From positions 1-51,632 of the forward strand of contig CAZJNI010000008.1 in the NCBI GenBank assembly GCA_964547465.1: a DNA stretch of 51,632 nt, written 5' to 3'. The position numbers and the translations under genes are program-made. Shown in pieces: positions 36,001 through 44,613 of this stretch. Within the stretch, counting starts at the first letter, position 1, and the number at the start of each line of letters is the position of its first letter. This DNA is from an uncultured Gammaproteobacteria bacterium. Its GTDB lineage: Bacteria > Patescibacteriota > Microgenomatia > Daviesbacterales > UBA10151. The notes beneath the pieces were generated by a model. That model was not told the origin of the DNA. It worked only from the letters and a program-made list of their open reading frames with translations, and made no database searches.

Positions 36001-39000
36001 AGAGGTTGGTTGGGTAGAGGGGGTTTCGGAAATGGTTAGTCCGGAAAAGATCAAACTTGTTCCCGAATTTACAATACTCCATCCAGTTGTGGCCATGGTG
36101 ATAGTGCCACCTGATGGGTTAAAAGTAGCAGTAGAGGAGTTGGTTAGAGTTCCGTTAATGGTAAAAGAAGAGGAGGTAGTAACAGTTGCACCAGAGGCAA
36201 TAGTGATATTATTAAAAACCAGATTAGATGATGCCCCGCCATTATTAACAATTGATGCCCCGTCAGTAAAAGTAATAGTTCCGGCTGTTGGGGCCAGGGT
36301 CTTGGTGGAGTTTATAGTTAAAGCGCCATCTACGGAAAAAGAAGAGGTTGGTTGGGTAGAGGGAGTTTCAGAAATGGTCAGTCCGGAGAAGATCAAACTT
36401 GTTCCCGAATTTACAATACTCCATCCGGTTGTGGCCATGGTAATGGTCCCGCCTGATGGATTAAAAGTGGCTGTTGATGAGTTAGTTAATGCTCCGTTTA
36501 TGGTAAAGCTGGCAGATGTAGTAACTGTTGCACCTGAAGCAATAGTCAGGTTATTAAAGGTGAGGGTTCCGGAATTGGCAATTGATGAGCCGGTATTCAT
36601 GGTAATGGTTCCGGCAGATGGAGACAGGTTACCGCCACTGACATTTAATGCTGCATTTATTTCAAAACTGCTGGAGGTGGCAGTAGTGCCTGTGACTGTT
36701 AAGTTATTAAATACTAAATTGGAAGAAGCCCCTCCATTATTAACAATCGATCCGCCGGTCATGGTGATAGTCCCGGCTGTTGGAGCCAGGGTTTTAGTAG
36801 CGTTAACAGTTAAAGCACCGGAAACTGAAAAAGAAGAGGTTGGTTGGGTGGATGGAGTCTCTGATATGGTCAGACCGGAAAAAACAAGAGTCCCTGAATT
36901 AGTAATACTCCAGCCTGTGGTGGCCAAGGTGATAGTCCCACCTGATGGACTGAAGTTACCGGAAGCACCAACACTTAGGGCCGTATTTATGGTGAAACTG
37001 GCAGATGTAGTAACAGTAGCTGATGCAGCAATTGTCAAATTAATAAAGGTAAGAGTGCCGGAATTGGAAATTGAGGAGCCGGTATTCATGGTAATGGTTC
37101 CGGCAGATGGAGTGAAAGTTCCGGTAGTGTTAAAGATACCTCCGACAGTAGCTGTTTGAGTACCACTGGTGATTGCCCCGCTGATCTTTAACCCGCCATA
37201 TGTTTTATTGCTGACAACATCATTTATGGTGGTACCGGTATAATCAACGGTTAAATTAGTTAAGGTATAGGTGGTAAATTTATATTGGGTAGAGAATCCA
37301 TCCGCCACGGTTGTTGAAACCTTGACTGTGCCTGTTCCGGTAATAGTTCCCTGTGCCCCGGCACTGTTAACAACTCTAGCCGCACCAATATTTACAACAG
37401 CCGAGGCGTGATTAATATTCAAGGTGCCTGTTACATTAAAATCAGTAGAAGCGGTAATTTCCCCTGCGGAGTTGGTAACAGTTAAGTTATTAAAAGTGGT
37501 AGTTGATGATCCGGCAATGTCTTGGGCTGCACTTCCTGCAAAAGTAACAGTATTGCTGGATTGGGAAAAAGTGCCGTTATTGGTAAAAATTCCTCCGCCA
37601 AAAGATAAAGTATTCCCTTCCATATCCAATACTCCGGAAGTACTGATTTGCAAATCTCCGCCAACGCCGCTGCCTCCGGAATTGGTGGTAACAGTTCCAC
37701 CCGGTGTGAAACTGTCTCCGCCCCAAACATATAACTTTCTGGTATTGGAAACTGTGAGATTACCGGATGTGACAGTAAAACCAATATCCCCATCAATAGT
37801 ATCTCCTTCATCACCCGAATCCCACTTATCCAAATCAGTATTGGTAATTGAACCGGTATCATCATTTCGGGCAATGACCCGGTTTTGATACAAGTCAAGA
37901 TCAGTATAACTAGTTGTAGTATCAGCAATAGTTGTAACTGTGGTTGCTTTCTCCGATTCTCCGTCCAGATAAACAGTTAATACATCTCCCTGTGCGGAAA
38001 CTGTTACGCCGGTAAAGCTGTAATAACCATTGCCGGAGGCGTTGGAACAATTAACAGTATTGGTATAACTGCTACCGTTAACCCGGATTCTGACAACCCT
38101 GGGGGTGCTACAATCAAGAGCAGAAGAACCCTCATTAGTATAAATATGCCCGGCAACATCAATTGTGGCCGGGAAAGTCCAGCCGGAGTTGTTGCCACAA
38201 TCTGTACTGGTACCATCAGTAGCTAGAACTGGCGCACCAGCCCCACTGGCAGCTGAACGGGCCACATCCACGTATGTGACTGTAGGTTGGTTAGTTAAAA
38301 CCAAAGACCAGGTGCCTGATGTAAGATTTGAATTCCTAAGATAAATTAATTTACCAACAGCACCATTCCAACTAGATGTGGTGTCAGTGTAAGTTGCTCC
38401 GAATTCAAATTCCACATAAACCCCTGCAGACAAACCGCTGGTTGAGATAGTAAAAGTAGTTATGGTGGCAGCAGCGGCGAAATCAATGCCGGGGGTAAAA
38501 GAAGTGCTGCAGCCGCTGACACTGCCGGAAGAGTTGGTAATTGTCAGTCCCGAGAAAGCAGAACTGCTGGTCATAGTACCGGATAATGTTTGGGTGGAAG
38601 TACCATCAAATGTTACTGTTCCTCCGGAATTGGTAAAAGTGCCGTTATTGGTCCAAGCGCCAAAAACCGTAAAAGCATTGCTGGCGTGAGCAACAAGGGT
38701 AGAATTTGCACCAATTACCACTCCTCCTGTGCCGTTTATATCCAGTGTGGTGGAGTTGGTGGCAGCAGTGATTGTTGCGTTAGTGAAGGCTCCGTTTACT
38801 CCTGTTGTTAAAGTTCCTGCAACTGTAGTAGTGCCTGTGGCGAAAGTAAAGGTTATAGTTGAGGCTGAAGGTGTAAGAGTTAAGTGTCCGTAAGTTTGGG
38901 CAGAGATGGCAGTTGCCTGAGTTTGTAAATACTTGACAGTAGAGGTTGACTGGAATGTAAAAGTGGTAAAGCCTGTTGGGAAGCTGGAGGTTCCGCTCAT

Positions 39001-39867
39001 CTCAAAAGTGGCACCGTTGTTTACCTGAAAAGTTTTACTTGAAGTACCGGCAATAGCATTACCGCCGTTTTTTAGAATTCCGCTGCCTGAAACAGTAATA
39101 TTTCCTGTAACATTGCCTGTTGTGACAGCTGCGTTTAGCGTTGCACCTGCGCTGTTGCTGATCCCTAAATTATTATATGCACCGGATCCCGGGAAAAAGA
39201 TTGTCTGAGCAGAAGTATCTGTGTAATTAAAATTACTGCCGGATGTGCCCATAGTAAAGGTAAATCCACCGGCTCCTGTTCCGCCGGTTGTGGCAATTGC
39301 CCCTTTTAAATTTAAAGTTCCGGTATTTCCCGACATATTGATAATTTTGCTGGCTGCTGTTGTTCCTCCGGCAGTTAAACCGCCATTGGCATTAAGTGTT
39401 CCGCTGGTAATTGCAATAGTTAGTGTTCTGGAGGTTTGAGTGCTTACCTCAGTCATAGTAATAACACCCGTAACTGTGGCTGAGCCGGCATTAATATTCC
39501 AGGCAGCAGTCTGATTATTGGAAGTGGCTTGATTCATGGTAACAGCGCCGGTAATTGTTAGACTATTGGTACTGGAGTGCGTTAGTGAGCTGTTTTGCTG
39601 ATTTGGATTAGCAGCAAAAATTAAGTTGGTAATTTGAGTAGAGGTATCTAAAGTTACATCTGTATTGGCTGCTATAGTCACATCATCACCTGATTGGGGA
39701 TCACCACCCGGATTACCAGTACAGTTAGTCCAGGTGATCTCTGTCCAGTTGCCTGATCCGGCAGATGTACAATTTAGAGCAAAAGCATATTTGGGTGCTA
39801 TAAAAGCTCCGGCAATAAAAATTAATATAAAAATTAATAGTTTGATGGTAGTTAAAAGCTTTTTCAT
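33100..39867 (-). CDS. Giant (~2255 aa) secreted beta-helical surface/adhesin-like protein
   Basis: Signal peptide MKKLLTTIKLL...AFA, T/S/G/N-rich beta-solenoid pattern, internal tandem repeats. Start moved from 39918. Confidence 0.85.
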   Translation of the reverse strand: MKKLLTTIKLLIFILIFIAGAFIAPKYAFALNCTSAGSGNWTEITWTNCTGNPGGDPQSGDDVTIAANTDVTLDTSTQITNLIFAANPNQQNSSLTHSSTNSLTITGAVTMNQATSNNQTAAWNINAGSATVTGVITMTEVSTQTSRTLTIAITSGTLNANGGLTAGGTTAASKIINMSGNTGTLNLKGAIATTGGTGAGGFTFTMGTSGSNFNYTDTSAQTIFFPGSGAYNNLGISNSAGATLNAAVTTGNVTGNITVSGSGILKNGGNAIAGTSSKTFQVNNGATFEMSGTSSFPTGFTTFTFQSTSTVKYLQTQATAISAQTYGHLTLTPSASTITFTFATGTTTVAGTLTTGVNGAFTNATITAATNSTTLDINGTGGVVIGANSTLVAHASNAFTVFGAWTNNGTFTNSGGTVTFDGTSTQTLSGTMTSSSAFSGLTITNSSGSVSGCSTSFTPGIDFAAAATITTFTISTSGLSAGVYVEFEFGATYTDTTSSWNGAVGKLIYLRNSNLTSGTWSLVLTNQPTVTYVDVARSAASGAGAPVLATDGTSTDCGNNSGWTFPATIDVAGHIYTNEGSSALDCSTPRVVRIRVNGSSYTNTVNCSNASGNGYYSFTGVTVSAQGDVLTVYLDGESEKATTVTTIADTTTSYTDLDLYQNRVIARNDDTGSITNTDLDKWDSGDEGDTIDGDIGFTVTSGNLTVSNTRKLYVWGGDSFTPGGTVTTNSGGSGVGGDLQISTSGVLDMEGNTLSFGGGIFTNNGTFSQSSNTVTFAGSAAQDIAGSSTTTFNNLTVTNSAGEITASTDFNVTGTLNINHASAVVNIGAARVVNSAGAQGTITGTGTVKVSTTVADGFSTQYKFTTYTLTNLTVDYTGTTINDVVSNKTYGGLKISGAITSGTQTATVGGIFNTTGTFTPSAGTITMNTGSSISNSGTLTFINLTIAASATVTTSASFTINTALSVGASGNFSPSGGTITLATTGWSITNSGTLVFSGLTISETPSTQPTSSFSVSGALTVNATKTLAPTAGTITMTGGSIVNNGGASSNLVFNNLTVTGTTATSSSFEINAALNVSGGNLSPSAGTITMNTGSSIANSGTLTFNNLTIASGATVTTSASFTINGALTNSSTATFNPSGGTITMATTGWSIVNSGTSLIFSGLTISETPSTQPTSSFSVDGALTINSTKTLAPTAGTITFTDGASIVNNGGASSNLVFNNITIASGATVTTSSSFTINGTLTNSSTATFNPSGGTITMATTGWSIVNSGTSLIFSGLTISETPSTQPTSSFSVDGALTINATKTLAPTAGTITFTDGASIVNNGGATTNLVFNNITIAASATVTTSSSFTINGALTNSSTATFNPSGGTITMATTGWSIVNSGTSLIFSGLTISETPSTQPTSSFSVSGALTVNSTKTLAPTAGTITMTGGSIANSGGAATNLVFNNLTVSGSTTANSQTFNIAGDTSITGTLTVSSGSGTITAAGSVTGTGTMSLTSGTFIQSVAAGKDFGPTSTNDWTFNTLTFSSSSGSQIITTSSTSTGKVVVGAILTISASTELDAANRTWNLTATGTPFVITGTFTANASTFNYNDTTGPTITATTYFNLGAGTNANATATTFTLGGDTTVGGVLTVGDAASSANDTLDASSRTLTLSGTNGDPFILTSFGLFEESTSTVDYTGNNGGGNTTIQSTTYNNLRLGGGAAENYALEAATTVAATLTLNANGTLTGSSNITVNADVTGSGTVNLSGGTFEHQVAANQNFGPSSGTNSWTFSTLLFSNSSAANRTITTTTGSGGMTISTLLQIGKAGDTNATILDAANRTWTLSATNGTPFNIVSPSDNTSLTASTSTFSYTGANGGGNTTVQDTTYYNLIINASDTFVLEATPLTVNSDLTVTLGTLSLAGNSLNVGSTSVTNSGNIAVAGTVTQTASGTTTVKTSASGAATVGGAGTLTFYNLTVAPTAASAIITLGSGASQTITVSNNLIFGDGTAVTVTAATNNPTLTVSGNFTNSSNSDFTSTSGNFSVGGNWSNSGSFTNNSGTVIMTAGAIGKTISGTLTGATGKFNHIQFNGSGGEWTFNAAAEAAGNFTITLGTVIAPSSTLTITGNFAHDGGSFTHSSGTVVFTPSTTSQITGATTFNNVTNTTAGSTLEFEAGTIFTFAGTFTVTGASSNRIHIHSTTGSSQWLAQFNNAQSSVTFAHISYGGCNGGTQDITLATNNINDGNNGSCWVFLVPPPQVELRGGINLRGGTKLGQ
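35520..37130 (-). repeat. 342 bp (114 aa) tandem repeats within the giant protein
   Basis: AAACTTGTTCCCGAATTTACAATACTCC recurs at 35711, 36053 and 36395, with degenerate flanking copies. Each unit is two ~57 aa subrepeats. Confidence 0.9.
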
Positions 39868-39920
39868 AATTTTCAATTTTTGCCCGCGAAGCGGGGGTGT
39901 GCTATTTCTAATTTTCATTC

Positions 39921-40107
39921 ATTCTTTTAATAAATTCTGCATTGATGCAGAGACCGTTAAAAAATCGAAAGCGACGATATCAGGGGAAACGGAAACTGAC
40001 ACCACTTTAGTGGAGAATTTCCGAGGGGCCCCGATGAGGAGCTTGAAGATTTTAGGTCGAACATCACTGCAGAAAACTTTTACCACACTTTTGGTTACAA
40101 AAGTGTG
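39921..40107 (-). ncRNA. Structured element A, copy 2, upstream of the giant surface gene
   Basis: Same hairpin-plus-rod architecture and core as 23508-23694. Confidence 0.6.
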
Positions 40108-40158
40108 AATGGAAAGATTATTTGATAATTTAGTCATTGTAAATTCATTGAAAATAGT

Positions 40159-40692
40159 TTATTCATAATACTTCTTAATATCCGCCTTTTCTTTTTCTGT
40201 TTTAATCCAGACATCAAACGGAATTTTGGTAAACTTTTCTATTTTTTCCTTTGTCAGCTCAAGTTTTATTTTTTGTAAAACCTCATCCTTGCCAATGCCC
40301 TGAATTGTTTTAATTTTTTCCAGATATTCTTTTTCTGTGCCAATAGATTTAACTGCTTGCTGATATTTTTCTTTTATTTCCTGACCGGAAGGTAGAAGAT
40401 TATGTTCCTTGGCAAATTGCAAAGTTAAAGTTTCTTCTATTAGTTCATCTAATAAATCTGCCGGGATGGCGCTGGAGGTGGATTGGTGTTCATACAACCA
40501 GTTGGCAAAATAATCAAGCTGTTTTTTCCTGGCCTGGTATGTTGTCCTTTCTATTTTCTGGTTATTTACCACTGCAATAAACTGCGTTTTTGTGAATATT
40601 TCTTTCCCTGACTTTAAAAAAATAATTATAAAGGCAAAGATAAAAAAAGCAATTATTGCCCTGATAAGTAATTTTTTTTTATTTCTTTCCAT
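40159..40692 (-). CDS. SurA N-terminal domain protein (extracytoplasmic foldase-like)
   Basis: TM anchor, IAVVNNQKI, LLDELIEETL. The start may be 40692 or 40752. Confidence 0.72.
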   Translation of the reverse strand: MERNKKKLLIRAIIAFFIFAFIIIFLKSGKEIFTKTQFIAVVNNQKIERTTYQARKKQLDYFANWLYEHQSTSSAIPADLLDELIEETLTLQFAKEHNLLPSGQEIKEKYQQAVKSIGTEKEYLEKIKTIQGIGKDEVLQKIKLELTKEKIEKFTKIPFDVWIKTEKEKADIKKYYE

Positions 40693-40744
40693 AATTACCG
40701 GGCAGATAAATTTTACTAAACTAATTAATTTTATCGGATTCATT

Positions 40745-41101
40745 TTAACCATTTTTTGCTTTTTTAATGCGACCTCTTGACTTTTTAAAGCCTTTATGGT
40801 ATTTTTTATTCATAGACCGAGCTTGAGCGTCGACCAGAGTTGAAAGACATTCTCTTAAACGCCCATCGGTCTTTTTTAATGCTTTAATAATATCTTCCAA
40901 GAATAATACTCTATTTGGTGGAATTTTTTTATCAAAAACATCTTTTAGTTGACGTTTAAGTTTACGGGAGATGAGTACTGCATATTTATTACTGTTTGAG
41001 TAAGCGATGACAGTATGCCTTTGTGTCTGTTCAATCTTTCCAGATTGGTCAATTTCATATTTATGGCTTTTTAATTGTTTTTGCCTTTTAATTAATTTCA
41101 T
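40745..41101 (-). CDS. Basic hypothetical protein
   Basis: 118 aa K/R-rich ORF filling the gap between abiEii and the surA-like gene. No family recognised. Confidence 0.5.
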   Translation of the reverse strand: MKLIKRQKQLKSHKYEIDQSGKIEQTQRHTVIAYSNSNKYAVLISRKLKRQLKDVFDKKIPPNRVLFLEDIIKALKKTDGRLRECLSTLVDAQARSMNKKYHKGFKKSRGRIKKAKNG

Positions 41102-41149
41102 TCTTTGTTTATTCAGTTTGTATTATCCACCAACCCTAGAATTAAGAAC

Positions 41150-41851
41150 TTATTTTGTTTTGGCATTTTGCTCATACAATTTAAGATAGAATATAAGCTC
41201 ATCTTGTAGCTTCTCTTTCACAAAAGCTTTTTGTTTATTATCCAAAAACTCCCCAAGACCTGCTAAAAGCCCTGTTGGTTTTACATTTTTGACAAGGAGT
41301 TGTGCTTTTTTTAGCGCCTGTTTCAAAGAGAGGTTGGATTTTGCTTTTAAGAACTCCTCATTAATCTGCCAATTTCCTTTTAAAAAAAACCACATATCAA
41401 ACATATCCCGAGTTGCAAATCTCTTTCTTGTAAGAAGTGCTGACAGCTTTCCTGCTGCCATATCATCTTCTTTCATTACGAGCATTGAGATACCTAAAAA
41501 GTTTTTAAGTACATATTCTGATCTTTCCACTCTTTTTGAAATCTCTATCTTCAAACCTCTTTCTCCCTTTTTGTAACTTAGGAGAAAAAAGAGTGTGTAG
41601 TGTTTATCTGAAGCTTCTATTACCGTACCGAATTGAGGGAGGATTTCCTTAAGTTTTGTAAATACTTCCTCCTCTTTTTCAGGATCTAACAGATCAAAGT
41701 CTAAGTAAACCGAGAAACGGGGTAGTCCATAAAATAACATTGCCGCAGTACCGCCTTTGAAGCCAAGGTTATTTCTTAAAATAGGGTCAGAATAAATAGA
41801 CCGCAGTATATCAATGAAAACGTTTTTATGTAAGTCTTTACTTAATACCAT
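41150..41851 (-). CDS. AbiEii-family nucleotidyltransferase toxin (type IV TA), catalytic Asp apparently replaced by Tyr
   Basis: FKGGTAAMLFYGLPRFSVYLDFD, KIEISKR, GKLSALLTRKRFATRDMFD. Confidence 0.88.
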   Translation of the reverse strand: MVLSKDLHKNVFIDILRSIYSDPILRNNLGFKGGTAAMLFYGLPRFSVYLDFDLLDPEKEEEVFTKLKEILPQFGTVIEASDKHYTLFFLLSYKKGERGLKIEISKRVERSEYVLKNFLGISMLVMKEDDMAAGKLSALLTRKRFATRDMFDMWFFLKGNWQINEEFLKAKSNLSLKQALKKAQLLVKNVKPTGLLAGLGEFLDNKQKAFVKEKLQDELIFYLKLYEQNAKTK

Positions 41852-42425
41852 AATCCTCCTTGTAGTCGCTGTAATAATCTTCTACTCTTTTTTCAAATGT
41901 TTTGCTTTTATATATCTTTTTAAGCCCCTCTACCTTTTCCCAATCAATTGCACCTAAGTTATCAAAATGATAATTTTTGTAGATATAGATCGCATCTAAG
42001 AAGGCACGTTCGAGTGTAGCAATAAAATACCCTTCTTTTTGGTCAATACCCTCTGTATTTGTAAGGACCTCGCCTTTTATTTGACGGTATTGGATAGAAG
42101 TTTCATTAACTGTTACCGTTCTTGTTAAATAAGATACTGCAAAGATTGTTTCATAATACTGGAATACGACATTTCCGCTGCCAAGTACTGTTTCAAGGCT
42201 TAAATATGAGGGTTTATAGAGTTTCCCCACCAGCTCATATGGGTTATAGTCCGCCTTGGCATAGACATTCCGATGTAGTCTTTCTAACTTCCCTACTTTG
42301 GTAAAATAGTAGAGACGGTCCCGTAAACTTTCATATGCTATATCTGGAAAAAGCTGCGAGATCTCGTTTAAGGTAAAGACTGTTTCCGGCCTACTATATA
42401 GTTTTAATATGACACTATTATCCAT
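41838..42425 (-). CDS. AbiEi-family antitoxin
   Basis: N-terminal wHTH (VFTLNEIS...GKLERLHRNVY), PSYLSLETVL, ATLERAFLD. Overlaps the toxin start. Confidence 0.88.
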   Translation of the reverse strand: MDNSVILKLYSRPETVFTLNEISQLFPDIAYESLRDRLYYFTKVGKLERLHRNVYAKADYNPYELVGKLYKPSYLSLETVLGSGNVVFQYYETIFAVSYLTRTVTVNETSIQYRQIKGEVLTNTEGIDQKEGYFIATLERAFLDAIYIYKNYHFDNLGAIDWEKVEGLKKIYKSKTFEKRVEDYYSDYKEDYGIK

Positions 42426-42437
42426 AAATTATTAATA

Positions 42438-42466
42438 TTTCAGCTGAAAGCCGTAATTTTTACGGC
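42438..42466 (-). promoter_or_regulatory. Palindromic operators in the abiE leader
   Basis: GCCGTAA-TTT-TTACGGC (42450-66) and TTTCAGCTGAAA (42438-49), downstream of a TGATATAAT -10. Confidence 0.6.
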
Positions 42467-42574
42467 ATCCAGTAGATATTATATCATATTACTTAGTCTG
42501 TACAAGTCAATATAAAAGGCCTTGCATTTTTAATATATTTGACATTTAGCTTTGAGAATACCTATTATTGATTT

Positions 42575-43183
42575 ATGGAAGAAGAAAATTTAAAATCAAA
42601 CCCTTTGTACAAAAATGTTTTGGATTACCTTTCAAAACCAAGACCCGAAATTCCCCTAAGCACCTCTTTCATAAGAAGACTTTTTCTTAAAAAGATTATT
42701 TTCTGGGTGACAATATTTTTAGGAGTTGTAGTAGTCATTGGAATTTTAATGATTGGATATAATTATTTAATTAATATTAAGTCAGCTCCTGTCCAAAACA
42801 CTGCCTTAACGAGTACCCTTAAGCCAAAAGTAGTTTGTAAATTGTTTAACACATTTGAAGAAGCACTGAAAGATATTGATATTGCCTGCATCCTTAAGCT
42901 AGAAGGCCAGGGATTAACCAGATTACCTCCGGATATTACTAAGCTTACCAAGCTGAATGAACTTTCCTTAAAGAATAATAATCTGGCAACTTTCCCCACA
43001 GAGATTTTAAGCATGCCAACCCTGATCACTCTTGATTTAAGTAACAATCAAATAAGCTACATACCCTCTGAAATTGCCAATCTTAAAAATCTTCAAAGCC
43101 TAAAACTAACGGGAAATAATTTAAGCGAGGAAGAAAAGGTCAAAGTCAAAAAGCTGTTCCCTTACCTTTCAATCGTTTTCTAA
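42575..43183 (+). CDS. Membrane-anchored leucine-rich repeat protein
   Basis: TM, then LxxLxLxxNxL repeats. TTGACA-18-TATTAT promoter lies 6 nt before the ATG. Confidence 0.88.
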   Translation: MEEENLKSNPLYKNVLDYLSKPRPEIPLSTSFIRRLFLKKIIFWVTIFLGVVVVIGILMIGYNYLINIKSAPVQNTALTSTLKPKVVCKLFNTFEEALKDIDIACILKLEGQGLTRLPPDITKLTKLNELSLKNNNLATFPTEILSMPTLITLDLSNNQISYIPSEIANLKNLQSLKLTGNNLSEEEKVKVKKLFPYLSIVF

Positions 43184-43191
43184 TCCCAACA

Positions 43192-44613
43192 ATGAATAAA
43201 AACATCTACATATTTATAACTGTTCTAATAATTGCTGCAGTAGGGTTTTGGAGCTGGAAAAATACTCAACAAAAAAACATTCAGATAAATACTCAAACTG
43301 AAAATTTAACCTGCAAGGACTGCAATGTTTTAATTGTGGCCTATGACACACTTGGTGCAAACAAAGTCTCCAGCTTTGGTTACCAAAGGCAAACCACTCC
43401 AGCACTAGATCAACTGGCGGACCATGGGGTAAAATTTACCAATAACATCTCTCCTTCTTCCTGGACAGTACCAACTTTTATGTCTATCTTTACTGGTCTT
43501 TACCCAACAGAACATAAAGTTGTTAATAAATTTACAGTTTTCACCAAAGACCAAAAAGTCATTTCAAATTTAGCAAAACTTTCTCCCAGTGTGGAAACTT
43601 TAGCCCAGCAGTTTAAAAACAATGGTTATGTCACAGGAGGATTTACTGGCGATGCCGGGGTTAGTGCCACTTTTGGTGATAACCAAGGTTTTGACGTTTA
43701 CACAGACGAGAGTATCTTCGGCTCAATTGCCAATTCAACCAATCATGCCCTACCCTGGCTTGCCCAAAACAAAGATAAAAAATTCTTTATGTTTTTGCAT
43801 GGTTATGACTCCCACGGACAGTTTAAAGTTTCCGACAATTACGAGGGAAAGTTTACCCCCCAAAACTATACAGGTCCTTACAAAGGAACAATTAAAGAAC
43901 AATCAGAGCTTAGGGAAAAAGGGTTGGCAGGACAACTCAATCTAACTTCTGAAGATGTCAATTTCTGGAATGGCTGGTATGATTCTAAAATATTTGATGC
44001 AGATTCGAGATTCGCCAATTTTTGGAGTGAGTTTGAAAAAATGGATTTACAAAATAAAACTATTGTGGTTATTTTATCTGATCACGGAGAGGAGGTTTAT
44101 AATCACAAAGGTTTTGATCATGGCCACTCTCTTTATGATGAGCTGGTTCATGTACCTTTAGTCTTTATTATACCCGGGGCAAAAAGCAGAGTGGTGAATG
44201 AGCAGACAACAACTTTGGATCTTGTCCCAACTTTGTTTGACTTAACTGGTATTACACCAGATAAGCAGTACCAATTTCAAATTAGAGGTAAGAGTTTACT
44301 CGGTTTTCTCAATGGTCAAAAAGAGGATGCTCAAGATGTTTTTATAGAAACAGATTACAGAACTTATACATTCAAAAGAGGAATTAGGACCAAAGATGGA
44401 TGGAAATATATCTTAACTTTAGAAAATGGCAAACAAGAATTGTATAATTTAAATAGTGATCCTCATGAGTTAAATAATTTAGTAGATAAAAATCCAAAAT
44501 TAGCTGCTGATTTAGAGAAAAGAGTTAAGGATCATATGTTAGGGATGGGTGAAAATCCCAGCGAAACCAAAATTACAGGTTGTTTGCCGGTTTATTCTGA
44601 TCAGTGCCAATGA
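43192..44613 (+). CDS. Sulfatase-fold (alkaline phosphatase superfamily) protein
   Basis: NVLIVAYDTL, SWTVPTFMSIFTG, HGYDSH, SDHGEE, DHGH, DLVPT. Confidence 0.85.
   Translation: MNKNIYIFITVLIIAAVGFWSWKNTQQKNIQINTQTENLTCKDCNVLIVAYDTLGANKVSSFGYQRQTTPALDQLADHGVKFTNNISPSSWTVPTFMSIFTGLYPTEHKVVNKFTVFTKDQKVISNLAKLSPSVETLAQQFKNNGYVTGGFTGDAGVSATFGDNQGFDVYTDESIFGSIANSTNHALPWLAQNKDKKFFMFLHGYDSHGQFKVSDNYEGKFTPQNYTGPYKGTIKEQSELREKGLAGQLNLTSEDVNFWNGWYDSKIFDADSRFANFWSEFEKMDLQNKTIVVILSDHGEEVYNHKGFDHGHSLYDELVHVPLVFIIPGAKSRVVNEQTTTLDLVPTLFDLTGITPDKQYQFQIRGKSLLGFLNGQKEDAQDVFIETDYRTYTFKRGIRTKDGWKYILTLENGKQELYNLNSDPHELNNLVDKNPKLAADLEKRVKDHMLGMGENPSETKITGCLPVYSDQCQ

Noticed and set aside
33154..39439. Long + strand ORFs (e.g. 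35672-37159, 495 aa) inside the giant gene
   Set aside because: Antisense shadows of a repetitive T/S/G/N-rich CDS, with V/P/K-rich composition and no independent signals.
39978..40035. Cobalamin-riboswitch-like GGGAA...CCCCG pattern on the opposite strand of element A
   Set aside because: No T-loop, no B12 box or GCAACUGU, and the wobble pairs favour the other strand.
39919..40137. 72 aa ORF ending TGA next to the ATG at 39918 (leader-peptide-like)
   Set aside because: It runs through the structured element, copy 1 has no equivalent, and 39918 is probably not the real start. Not fully excluded.
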